Origin: Mobula hypostoma | Taxonomy: Eukaryota | Length of the DNA: 64,000 nt | Reading direction: 5' to 3' | NCBI RefSeq assembly: GCF_963921235.1 | Contig: NC_086118.1 | Coordinates: 20,214,001 to 20,278,000, forward strand | Shown here: positions 25,590 to 37,487 of the stretch, piece by piece | Layout of the letters: every line of letters starts with the position of its first letter | Numbering within the stretch: the stretch's first letter is position 1 | Notes under the pieces: generated by a model | Told to the model about the DNA's origin: nothing | The model's input: only the letters and a program-made list of their open reading frames with translations | The model's database searches: none | Position numbers and translations under genes: made by a program

Positions 25590-25825
25590 CTGATGAAGTT
25601 TAGAAGAAAAAGAAACAGCTATTGAAAGAAAAGGTGAAGCAAATATGCTTGGCGACTAGGGTAGTGCAGTCGCCCATTGGGTTTTTGTGGCAAGATGCAG
25701 AAGTAGATTGCCAGGCCTTCTGTGCAGATACTGCAGTTGCCGAGGCTGGGACCTGGCCAGATTTGAACTCAGGACCATCTGCCTCAAAGTCCAATGCTGA
25801 TGCCACTACACCACCAGCCAGTCCA
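25590..25825 (-). mobile_element. tRNA-derived SINE
   Basis: Reverse-complement head ggctggtggtgtagtggcatcagc...gagttcaaatc (A and B boxes), similar to the heads at 38003 and 63931. Confidence 0.65.
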
Positions 25826-26059
25826 CACATTATATACTTGTATATAATTATTCAGTCCATTATTTCCATTAGTTAGTGCTTCTGCTCTGCTACATAAATC
25901 AGAAACAAACACTCCTTTGTTACAAAAATTATCCATCACATTTTAATTGCAATGTTTTTAAAAAACTGTCAATTTAAAATGAGTGATAAATATACCAAGT
26001 TTTGGGTTTCATCGTGTACTAAGGTTAAATATTTCCAAAAGTTGAGTTATCATATAACA

Positions 26060-26450
26060 GATCAGAGATTCTGCAGATGCTGGAAATCCAGAGCGACACA
26101 GAAAATGCTGCAGGAACTCAGCAGGTCAGACAGCATCTATGGAGGGGAGTAAACAGTTAATGTTTCAGGCTGTGACCCTTCATCAGGAGTGGAAAGGAAG
26201 TGGACAGAAGCCAGCATAAGAAGGCGGGAGGGAGGGGGACAGGGCAGGAGTGCAACTGGTGGGTGAAAGGTGAAACCAGGTGAGTGGGTGGTGGGTGGAT
26301 GGATGAAGTATGAAGCTGGGAGGTGATGGGTGGAAGAAGTAAAGCCTAGAGATGGGATCTAATAGGAGAGGACAGTGGACCTTGGAGTAATGGAGGGAGG
26401 AGGGGAGCCAGAGGGAGGTGATGGGCAGGTGAGAAAAGGGTGACTGGAAG
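26060..26450 (-). mobile_element. Penelope pLTR/3' UTR fragment with hammerhead core (26155-26190)
   Basis: ctgcagatgctggaaatccagagc...ggaactcagcagg; reverse complement CUGAUGA-AGGGUCACAGCCU-GAAA; purine-rich UTR as at 1880-2170. Confidence 0.8.
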
Positions 26451-27534
26451 TGGACGTGAAGATTATACATGTGAAATCACTTTTGCATTTACAATGGTTA
26501 GACTATCCTTACTGCTTAAACTGATTTCTTCTGTAAAGATGAAATAATGCTTTCAAAATGGAAGATTTATGTTTAGATTAAAGGAACTGGTTTTCCCATT
26601 TCAGGCATCCAGTGTTGACCTCACTAAAGTTAAGCCACATGCCTGAGCCATGGCAACGTGACTGGTTTAACTTCAGATGTGTACCTTCCAGTACAAGTGT
26701 CAAATGTTCCTCATTCACACCCTAGTAGATAAACAATAGAAACTGGATTAAATCTGTCCATCCAATTTCATTGCAGATCATTAAAACCAGGGCTCATTCT
26801 TTTGTCTAATCAGTGAATCCTTAATTTTCTGCCCAGAATATTGGACTGAATTCAAAACTTTAATTTACACTCTTAAACTATCCTCAATACTGAAAGAATT
26901 TATTACAATCATGCAGTCTGATCCATTGATAAGAGTGTAATAGATACGTTAGGAAAGTTATTATTCTAATTAATTATGAATTTAACAAGCTAATTTAATT
27001 TGTCAGCCCGGAGTTGATTTCCTAAGCTACGCTTTCAACATATAAATGAAAATTGATTAATGCGCAAAAGGCTCACTGCACGTTAGTCCAAGCACACGCA
27101 TGATGAAAAGGATTGTATTTTCTTTTTCAGTCATGCATATGATATTTAGACAAGGTCCTATTGCTGATTAACAGGATGTGCCAGTCACAGGCTGTTACTC
27201 TTGCTTAAGTTTAATCTGTCCTGTATCTGAGCTCATTTCCACTACTCAGACAAAAATAAAAATAGTATTTTGTTCCCTACTCCATACTTAAAGAGCCCTT
27301 GAGCATACCACGGTCCTATAGCAAAAAGAACTTTCATGACGTACTCCACTGGATCTCAGCTTTCATTCTTGTTCTGTCTACCCTTCGGATTTAAATGCAA
27401 AGCCTCACATCAAGTCTCATTATCACCTGAGATTCTTTTTATTTAATATGCATCTATCAAATTCTGTAAACATTGCTATCCCGTTATTGCTGTCTTGAAC
27501 ATTGTTATAGCTCCCTTGATCTTCCATTCCAAAA

Positions 27535-27842
27535 ATCAGTAGAATCAAGTTTAATATTACCGGCATACATCATGAAATTTGTTAGCAACAGCTGTACAAT
27601 ACATGTTTAAATGTAGAGGGAATAAACTGAATTAGAGTAAGCATATTTATGTATATTACATGGTTAAATAAGCAGTGCAAAAACAAATGAAAAAGTAGTG
27701 AGTTAGTGTTCATTGGTTCAATGTCCATTTAGGAATTGGATGGCAAAGGAGAACAAGCAGTTTGCTGAATCGCTGGGTGTGTGTCTTCAGGCTTCTGTAC
27801 CTCCTTCCTGATGGTAGCAATGAGGAAAGGGCATGTCCTGTG
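27535..27842 (-). mobile_element. Rex1/Babar-like LINE 3' end
   Basis: Homologous to 63065-63350; aatcag-type tail. Confidence 0.7.
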
Positions 27843-28614
27843 CAAGAGTTAACTGAGAAAGACATTTTGCTCAGTCATTGCACTGGGCTCTGCATGCCAG
27901 GAACCTGATGCAGACTCCTGTCTTCCCCAGTGTTGTGTCCTGGGGTTCCCTTACCGTGATGTGACGAGGCTGCCTGTGAAGATTGGAGCGGAGCAAACTG
28001 GAGGAAGTGGTGCAATAATGGGGCTCAGGGTTACACCATAGCTGCCATGTGAACGTGAGCCATTGCTGAGATCTAGCAATGCCGTCTTCCAGTCTGAAGA
28101 CTTCCCGGACTCCATAGTCTTCCTTATCACCCATTTACTGCATGTGATGGAAGCTGCTGTGTCCTTTCTTTGCTCTGCTGTGCAACATTGGTGAGGGCAG
28201 AGCTTTCTGTATGTTGGCGAGATGAATCGCCTTCAACACCCAGTGAAGAGGGCAGGCAGGACAGGGATTCTCTACAGGATTCTTGATATAACAGTGCTGT
28301 CAGCACGTGCCTTTCTTCCATGTAATGATATAGTGATTCTTTTAGCACTGGTTCTATTAGTATTCTTGTTCCTTATAATCCACCCCAAGTGTTCAACAAG
28401 ACAGCAACACAAACATTGCCAATCAGTCAATTTCATTTGGCCCTTGTAGGTTTAGTGGATACACAAGATGATGGTGCTAGTGCTTCGTCCAGCTGATCAA
28501 CTCTAATTCTCGCAAATGTATGAATATTGGAAATGATGAGCACTGATTACCAAATGTGAAAAGAAAAACAATTTTTGCAGTTAAATGGTAACTTGTAACT
28601 CATTTTCCGTCTCA

Positions 28615-29692
28615 GGCAAAGCACCTCCCGTCATTGAATACATCTACAAGGAATGCTGCTGCAAGAATAAAGCATCCGTCATCAAAGACCCCCAACATCC
28701 AGCCCATGATCTTTTCTCACTTCTACCAGTAGGCAGGAGGTAGAGAAGCTTTTGGTCCCATACCACCAGGTTCAGGAACAGTCATTACCCTACAACCATC
28801 AACTCTTAATCTGGCATGGATAACTTCACTCGCCACTCTCTACTCTAAACTGATTCTACAACCTCCAGGCTCACTTTCAAGCATTCTTTGCAACTCATGT
28901 TCTCAGTGTAGCGGTCTTTGCCCCACTGACCCACTGTTGCCTAGGGTAAATAGCCGTCGACCCCGCCAAACAGTGCAATTGCTTTGGTGCGGATAAGGTG
29001 TGAGTTGCCCGATGAACAGCCACAACACAAATATGAAACAATATACCAACTGCGAGTAAAGAATTATACTTTGTAGCAAATTTTTGGTGATGGGTTAGTA
29101 GAAATAACAAAAAAAAATAGGTACCGCATAAGTAACTTATCAGTCTTGTGAACATAGGATTTTAATACATTGGAGCTCATGCCTCCGATTCTCTCCACAC
29201 GTCCTTCCGAGACTCCAGCCACCCTCCGGTGTCCGCCGCCCTGGAACCGCTGTCCGTTCCACACACATCCGTCCTCTCCGCTCACCTCCCGAAGAGCCCA
29301 CACTCCTCAACTCAGCACACATATACTAGATAACAGAACATGACCTCCATTGGCTAACAAATGAATACAATTTCCATTGTCTCCCTGTATAACCGAAATA
29401 TTGCAGTTACAGAGAACCCCTTGCTCAGCAGTTAACATTACGAGAAGCCATTTTAATATAACACTTCAGAGAAGCCATTTTGGTAATAAGCGATCAACAG
29501 TTAATAGTCCACCTAGTATACTGAGAGCCCTACATCAGCATTATTATCTTTATTTGCACAATGGCTGTTGGTTTTTGTTTATGTAATTTTTTTTGTAAAC
29601 TCTATTGTATTTCCCTTTTGCCTGCAAAAAAATTCTTGAGGTAGTTTATGGTAACATATGCATACTTTGATAATAAATTTACTTTGAACTTT
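28615..29692 (+). mobile_element. Rex1/Babar-like 3' fragment split by a solo LTR
   Basis: SVIKDPQHPAHDLFSLLPVGRR motif; tail gataataaatttactttgaacttt, as at 54050. Confidence 0.7.
28907..29534. mobile_element. Solo LTR (628 bp; ERV or Gypsy type)
   Basis: Termini TGTAG...CTACA; 4-bp TSD tcag at 28903-28906 and 29535-29538; cleanly interrupts a Rex1-like 3' UTR. Confidence 0.8.
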
Positions 29693-31227
29693 ATTGAGAA
29701 ATTGGAGTCTCGGAGAATGGGATATGACAGAAGTTTATGATTAGTGACTACTTATAAGCAACTTAATACATCTGTTGACTGACTATCTATGCATGCTGTA
29801 TGATAATTATGCGCCTATTTGAAAGAGCAGGCTTCTATCATTGCCTTAAGTAAGGAAAACAGAAATTGCTGTGACAGATAAACTGCCCCTGATGACCCTA
29901 GTCTGGCTTGCCCTACAAGCAGGCTGAACATGACCACCAATGGAAGTATCATATCCATCTGATAAGCCAAGCCCCAAAGGCTTAACTGCATCGAAACTGT
30001 CAAAGAAGTGTTGAAAGTTCGTGAATCTTCAGCATTCTCAAACATTCAAGACAAAAATCACATCATGAGGGAAAAAATAAAAACATTTAAATTTAAAATT
30101 AAGTGCTCAACATTAGGAGAGACAATACATTTAAGCTGATTAGGTAAAAAATTTAGTTCCCTTAAGCTTCTGTCTCTTCCTTACAGCTGATCTTGTCCTA
30201 AGGAATGAATGGAGTCCTTGAACCTGTGCCATATCCAGATCTAACCTTGCACAGATTTTGTAGGCAGATTTCATGCTTGCTTTGCAATCCTGAGTAATGT
30301 GAAAACTGGTGATTCTCAAGGAAAGGAAACAAATAATGAATTAAATGATCTTATTTTAAGTATTGATTTTGAAGACTATTGAACAGGAAACAAAGAAAGC
30401 TGAAATTATGCCATGGAATCTCTCTTGTCCACTTAAGCTTGACATTGTTAAAATTTTATTCAGAAGTTGATCCCTCTGACAGCACATGACTGCTGTTCCA
30501 TTGAAGTGTCAAACTAGTAGACATTTGCTTTCTGCCTCGAGTGAGAATGTTAGTTACTGTGCTGAGGTAACTTAAAAAGTTCAAATATATTTACAGTGAA
30601 ATTCTTGGCTATGCATGTTAAAAGTAGCAGTTATTGAAATAGTTTAAGCACAGTTGTAATTTCTTTTAGGAAAGGTACTTGATAGATGAACGTTTTTTTT
30701 GGTTACACTGTAACCGAGCTCTGGTTGGTAACCTTGACGCTCTGAAATGGGAAATTCCTTTGTGTGAGTAGTAGATGCATTTCTCTCTGTAAAGTAAAAT
30801 CTTTTGGACAGTATTGCTATTGAATAGATAACCTGCATTTATTTCACAGCATTGGGATATCTCAAAAGAGCTTTTAAAATTAAGCATTTTTTAACCTGAG
30901 AAATGTACTAGATGATTTGTCCAGAGCAAGATTCTTCTACTGACAAACTTAAGTTTTTACTAAAGTTAGGAGATATTTACATAGACACCTGAGGTGAATT
31001 CTTGCTTTTTAAACAACGCTATGCAATCTTTCACCACTGCCCTGAGAGGACACAAATGTCTTGATGTTAATCCTTCACCTGAAAGCTAACACAAGATTTC
31101 CCCAGTGCTCACAGTAAATTTCACTGTTTTTGTGAACCTAAAAATCAGTGGATAATAAAAATCTAAAAACAAGACAGAAAATGTTGGAAACACTTGGTAG
31201 GTCGCTGAGAAGAGAGAAGTAAACTTA

Positions 31228-32187
31228 TCAACACTGCCCTCAACCGCATCTCTTTCATTTCACGCACGTCTGCTCTTACCCCATCCTCCCACCACCCTAC
31301 CAGGGATAGGGTTCCTCTTGTCCTCACCTACCACCCCACCAGCCCCCGCATCCAACACACAGTTCTCCGAAGCTTCCAACATCTCCAAAGGGGTCCCACC
31401 ACCAAACACATCTTTCTCTCCCCCCACTTTCTGCTTTCCACAGGGATCACTCCCTTGTCCATTCATCCCTCCCCACTGATCTCTCTACTGGCACTTATCC
31501 TTGCAAACAGAACAAGTGCTATACCTGCCCCTACATCACCTCCCTCAGTACTTTTCAGGGCCCTAAACAGTCCTTCCAGGTGAGGCGACACTCCACTTCT
31601 GAATCTTTTGGACTCATTTACTGTGTTCGGTGCTCTTGGTGTGACCTCATGTACATTAGTGAGACCCGAGGTAGATTGGGAGACCGCTTCGCCGAGCACC
31701 TACGCTCCATCCACCAGAACAACAGGGATCTCCCAGTGGCCACCCATTTTAATTCCAAATCCCATTTCGATATGTCCATCTATGGCCTCCTCCACTGTCA
31801 TGATGAGGCCACACTCAGGTTGGATGAACAACACCTTGTATTCCATTTGGGTAGCCTCCAACCTGATGGCATGAACATCGATTTCTCAAACTTCTGGTAA
31901 TACCCCCAACCTCCTCCATTTCCCATCCCCTTTTCCCTCTCACTTCTTTTCACCAATCAACTTCCCAGCTCTCTACTTCATCCCTCCCCCTCCAGGTTTC
32001 ACCTGTCACAGAGTGATTCTCTCTCCCCTCCCCCCTCTACTCAGCTTTTTTCCCTCCAGTTCTATCAAAGGGATTCAGCTCGTAACATCAACTGTAGTTT
32101 TTTCCAAAGATACCACCTGGCCTGCTGAGTTCCTCCAGCATTTTGTGTCTGTTGCTCAGATTTCCAGCAACTGCAGATTTTCTCTGT
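31228..32187 (+). mobile_element. 5'-truncated Penelope-like element with GIY-YIG endonuclease remnant, 10-bp TSD
   Basis: GLIYCVRCSWCDLMYISETRGRLGDRFAEHLRSI (GIY-YIG with CxxC); upstream DRVPLVLTYHP. Decayed hammerhead at about 32058-32093. TSD agtaaactta at 31218-31227 and 32188-32197. Confidence 0.9.
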
Positions 32188-33109
32188 AGTAAACTTAATA
32201 TTTTGGTTGAAGGCCCTTTGTCTGGTCTTCAAGCTGAAATATTAACTTTGTTTCTCTTTCCACAGATGCTGCCTGATCTGTGAAGCATTTTCAGCACTTT
32301 CTGATTTCATGGCAACCTTTTTTTCGGTTCAGTCAGTGAAATGCAACAAAATGCTGAGTCACAGTCAACGCTAATATTCCATTCAAGGAGGAAATTTGAA
32401 CCAGAATCGATATGACTAACATTCTGTTGCACAAATGTGTATTACGTGGAATGTACGGTTGAAGAGATTATGCAACTGGCACAGAAAAGTTCAATAATGA
32501 GAGGTGTGTAAACATCAACTCATAAATTAGTGTCAGAGGGTGGATACTCTGTTAAGAATGTGTTAATTTGGCAACATGGAATATTGTTGGCTGGTTGTGG
32601 AGGGGTGTATTGTTGGAAACCAGTGAATATAACTCATTAATCCTTCAGTTTTATTTGAATTAATGGGAAATTGCTTTAATTGGGAATTTAGATAAGTACT
32701 GGTAGCCTGTGGGGAGGGGGTGGGTGCAGCAATAAACTTTGGTCAGCAATAAAAGGTTCAGAGGAAAAGTGGTTATATCTTATCTGTCTCCACCCTTCTT
32801 CTGGACTGGTGATATGGAAAATATTAGGAATACTTTAGTTAGGTAGTATCAGTGAAGAGATAAACATATCTGTACAGAGACACCTTTGTTTGCTTCATAG
32901 CATATTCTCAATTTCCTTAACTGGAGTGATATTAACGCATTTGGCTTAAGCTCTTCCACTGAAACCTTAAAATCTATGATAGTGTTGACGTTGATCAGGT
33001 GGCGGGACTGTCAGGTCTTTTATACCTACTATACATTGACCACCATTTACAGTTGCAAACAGTGTATTGTGACTTGATTCTGTACATCAGATCATGGACC
33101 AATTGGACA

Positions 33110-33346
33110 CCAAGATAGCGTAGCAATTAACGCGATGCCATTCCAGCTTGGGATGTCAGAGTTCGGAGTTCAATTCTGGTGCCCGTCTGTAAGAAGTTTG
33201 TACGTTTTCCATCTGAGTGCGTCTCCTCACACAGTCCAAGGACTAGCTAGTTGGTTAATTGGCCATTGTAAATTGTCCTGTGATTAGGCTGGTGTTAAAT
33301 ATGTGGGTTTCTGGTCAGCACAGCTCAGTGGGCTGTATCTCTAAAT
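33110..33346 (+). mobile_element. HE1/V-SINE-like tRNA-derived SINE
   Basis: B-box gagttcaattc, core tctgtaagaagtttgtacgtt..cacagtccaag..ttaattggccattgtaaattgtcc. Similar copies at about 33860-34205 (+), 42150-42440 (-), 57720-58020 (+) and 59918-60175 (+). Confidence 0.75.
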
Positions 33347-33426
33347 CATGGGTTCCCAACCTAGGGTCCACAGATCCCTCGGTTAATGGTAGGGGTCCAT
33401 GGCATTAAAAAACGTGGGAACACTGT
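33347..33426. mobile_element. ~80-bp hAT (Charlie-like) MITE
   Basis: Imperfect TIRs catgggttcccaac / cgtgggaacactg; TSD ctctaaat at 33339-33346 and 33427-33434; second copy at 39392-39470. Confidence 0.8.
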
Positions 33427-34404
33427 CTCTAAATAAAAAGATTCCATTTTAGATTTATGTTTATTTTGAAATGATTCTGATCTACCATTAATCTGAAATA
33501 GCTTTCAGATCTCTTAAAGCAGCAAGTTAGACTATGGTGCTCTCCTCTTTAACATTATTCTAGCTGCACTTCTTATAGTTAACAGTAGTTTACCACTAAC
33601 AATGGATGTTTGGCTTGTTTACTTGCCTTAATAAACACTGCAAAGAAGAATCTATGGGTGCAACACACAGTTTGATTTCCTTATTGCCCAAAAAAGCTAC
33701 TGACCTCTGTTTTAAACCTAATCAAAGACCAAATTTTAGCAACTCCACTGGGGTACAGAATAACAGACATTTACAGCTCACTTCTAAAGTGGTGACCTTT
33801 TATTGTGAAATTACAACTCCCAAGTCCAATTCCTCAGCCATAACTGGTTTAGGGCAGTGGCTTGACACGTCTACTGATTACAACTAGTAGAGCCACAGCC
33901 TCTCAGTGCCAAGGACCTGAGTTCAGTCTTGATCTCGCTGTCTGTGTGGAGTTTACTGCACATTCTCCGTGTGACTATGTGGATTTGCTTTAGTAATTCT
34001 GGTTTCTGGTTTCTTCCTACATCACAAAGAAGTGCAGGCTGAGAGGTGAATTGGCCACTGTGAATTCCCCCTAGTGTGTGGCTGAGTGGCAGAATCTGAT
34101 GGGAATTTTATTTTAAATGGGATTGATGAATGTACTGTAAGTGGACAGATGATGGATGGTGTGGACTTGGTGGGACAAAGAGCCTCTTTTTCTACTGTAT
34201 CTGTTTTGAGTTGAAGAAATCAGAGGTTGCAGTAAACCGGTGGAGCAGTGTTTTTGTGGGGAGACCCAGTTTGACAATGCAAGACTTCTGAGAGACCACT
34301 TTTTGAAGGTCCAAAGCTTCCGGAGAAACTTGTCGTTCCCACAGCACTCGGACATTGGTCTGGGAGTCCAGCAGTGGGCACCAAGAGCCGGTGATTTCCT
34401 GAAT

Positions 34405-34510
34405 AATACACAAACAAATTGCTGGAGGAACTCAGCGGGTCAGGCAGCATCTATGGAAAGGAATTTTTTTAAAAAATCACGTTTCAAACTGAGATACCTC
34501 ATCAGGGCTG
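34405..34510 (-). mobile_element. Penelope pLTR relic with hammerhead core (34475-34509)
   Basis: tgctggaggaactcagcgggtcaggcagcatctatgg; reverse complement CUGAUGA-GGUAUCUCAGUUU-GAAA-CGUG. Confidence 0.7.
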
Positions 34511-35064
34511 GTGGTTACACTGGGAAATGTGCTTGTGAAACCCAGTTGCATCTCAGTTCATTAAACTGGAGAGGAAGAGATTAAAGAAGCATCACTAGTT
34601 TGTTGGTAACTTAGATATTTTTAAAAACTGTTTTACCAAAAAATGTTTAAATGCCTAAGTTTTTTTCCTAGTTTTTAAACACCTAATTATTTCTGAAAGA
34701 TGTTCAATGGTTTTCCACTTGTTGAATGTCCAATATTCATAGGCACTCAGTCATCTCACAGGTGCTAAGTCTGGGGGGTGTACGCTATCAACCTATCATA
34801 CAATTACGGGGGCAGGCTTTGCTTTCATTTTGTTGGGAGGACCTTGTAAAATAGAGGCCTCCATAGTTTCAAGAACCAAATTGTCACTCCAGGTAATAGT
34901 GGTAAAGGCAGTTAGCTCGTAGTCCACTGATCAGGTTGGAGGGAACCATCCCCTGTGCCTGAAGCTCTCTATGGAACACATCTTATGCACCATGGAACTC
35001 CATCTATACTTGGTCAATTTGAGCTAGAGGAGATGGTAAAACTCCAACCGTGTGTGTGTGTGTG

Positions 35065-36600
35065 TAAGAAGCTGCGTCTAAATCGTCGTGGTCAGGCTTT
35101 TGAACTTCCTCTGTGGTAACAATGTAAAGAGGGCAGTCCTGGATGATGTGGGTCCTTGATGATGGATGCTGCCTTTTTGAGGCATTGCCTTTTGAAGGCA
35201 TCCTTGGTGCTGAAATGCTAGTGCCCATGATGGCACTGCCTGGGTTTACAACTTTTGCAGATTTTTCTGATCCTATCCAGTGTACAATTTTTGTAGAAAA
35301 TTGCAAAAGACTTTGATGACATACCGTGTCTCCTCCAATCTGTCATGCTACATCAGTATGCTGGGCCCAGGATAGATCTTCAGAGATGTTGACATCCGGG
35401 AACTTGAAACCGTTCGTTCTTTCCATTACTGATTCGTTGATGAGGATTGGAGTGTGTTTCCTCAATTTTCCCTTTCTGAAGTCCACAGTCAATTCCTTGG
35501 TCTTACTGATGTTGAGGGCAAGGTTATTGTTTCAACACCACTCAACCACCTGATCTATCTCACTCCTGTATGCCTCCTCGTCACCTTCTGAGATTTTGCC
35601 ATCAGTAGATGCGTCATCAGCAAATGCTTAGTCACAAAATCATGGGTGTAGAGAGAGTAGAGATGTGTGCTAGGTATGCATCCTTGAGGTGCGCCAGTGT
35701 CGATGGTCAGCGAGGAAGAGATGTTATTTCTAATCTGCACTGAATGTGAGCTATTGGTGAGGAAGTCAAAGATTCACTTGCAGAGGGAGGTAGGGGGGCC
35801 CAGGTTTAGAGGTTATTGATTCGAACTGAGGGTATGATTATGTTGAAGGCTGAGCTGTAATCAACAAACAGAAGCCTGGCAGAGGCATTGCTATTGTCCA
35901 GTTGATCCAAGGCCAAGTGGAGAACCAATGAGATTGCATCCGCTGTGACCTTTTGTGGCAAAAGGCAAATTGCAGCAGGTCCAGATCTTTGCTTAGGCAG
36001 GAGTTGATTCAAGCTGTGACCAACCTCTCAAGCCAGTTCATAACAGTAAAAGTGAGTGCCACTGGGCAATAGTCATTCAGGTAGCTCACCCTGCTGTTGG
36101 GCACTGCTATGATTGTAACCCTCTTGACGCAGGTGGGAGCCTCTGAATGCAGCAGTGAAAGATTGTAGGTCCTTGAACACTCCCACCAGTTGGATGGCAG
36201 GGATTTTCAGCGCCCTTCCAGGTCCACCACCAGGGCACAACGCCTTGTGAGGGTTCACCCTCTTGAAAGATGTTCTGATGTTGGCCACCAAGACAGAGAC
36301 CAGAGTACCAGATGCTGGGAGGGTTCACACAGGTGTAATGTCATATTCTCTTTCAAAGCATACCGAATAGGCATTGAGTTCATCTGCGAGTGGAGCATCA
36401 CAGCCATTTGTGACGTTAGGTTTTGCTTTGTCACAGTTAATAGCTGATTCTGTCTCTAACTTCAATTGGGATTGTTTTGCTTTGCCCTTAAAATAGCCTT
36501 CCATAGATCATACCTGGAGTTGTATATTTCTGGATCACTGATCTAGCCCTCAGTAGACAACAAATGTCCTGGTTTATCCATGGCTTTTGGTTTGGTTATG
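35065..36600 (-). mobile_element. Degraded Rex1/Babar-like LINE, RT region
   Basis: ARLLFVDYSSAFNIIIPS, TGAPQGCIPS..LYSLYTHD, FKRVNPHKA.PGG.PGRALK. Confidence 0.85.
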
Positions 36601-36603
36601 TCT

Positions 36604-36860
36604 AGTAAGGAAAAACTTCTTCACACAGAGAGTGGTGAATCTGTGGAATTCTCTGCCACAGGATACAGTTGAGGCCAGTTCATTGGCTGTATTTAAGAGG
36701 GAGTTAGATATGGCCCTTGTGGCTACGGGGATCAGGGGGTATGGAGGGAAGGCTGGTGCAGGGTTCTGAGTTGGATGATCAGCGATGATCATAATAAATG
36801 GTAGTGCAGGCTCGAAGGGCTGAATGGCCTACTCCTGCACCTATTTTCTATGTTTCTATG
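36604..36860 (+). mobile_element. CR1 3' end (young), near-identical to 43608-43865
   Basis: RKNFFTQRVVNLWNSLPQ; tail tttctatgtttctatg. Confidence 0.85.
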
Positions 36861-37487
36861 TTGTCAGGCACTCACTGATCCACAGTGATCATTGATAAAC
36901 CATTTTTCCTTTTGTATGCTGGACTTGTAAGTCTTCCCTTTCTATCCACTTTAGGATACCAAGTATCTTTGAGTGACATACTGTCTATAAAAGCTGTAAT
37001 CCCACAGATGTTGAAGTAATTATGATATTGACATGCTCTCTTGCTCTCTCGCCCTCAGTCAGCTTCCAGATATCCTTGACGTTCTCTGACTGAAGAAGGT
37101 TCAAAATGTCAGTCTCGCTGTGTTTATGCAGATCAGACCTTTAGGTTCAAGTTGTCCTCTCACTACACTTGAATTCCATTTGACTGTTACTCTGGGGAGC
37201 TCAGTTTATGGCTATAGCTATTGAAAATAAAGCCCAGCCATGACTGTAAGCCAAATATGAAATGAGCTTTCACATTGTGTTTAATGGAAGGACTTGTAAA
37301 CTGGGGGTCTGAGGAAGTGGAGAAGAGGAAGTGTTACTGGAGTTGGAACTGCCGTTACTGTGGCATGTAGAGACTAAAAGTGTTTTTTATGTTTAGAGAT
37401 GCAGCATGGTAACAGGCCCCTCTGGACACACAAGCCTGGGCCACACATTTACACTTAAGTGTCTAATTATCTACTAATCAGTATGTT

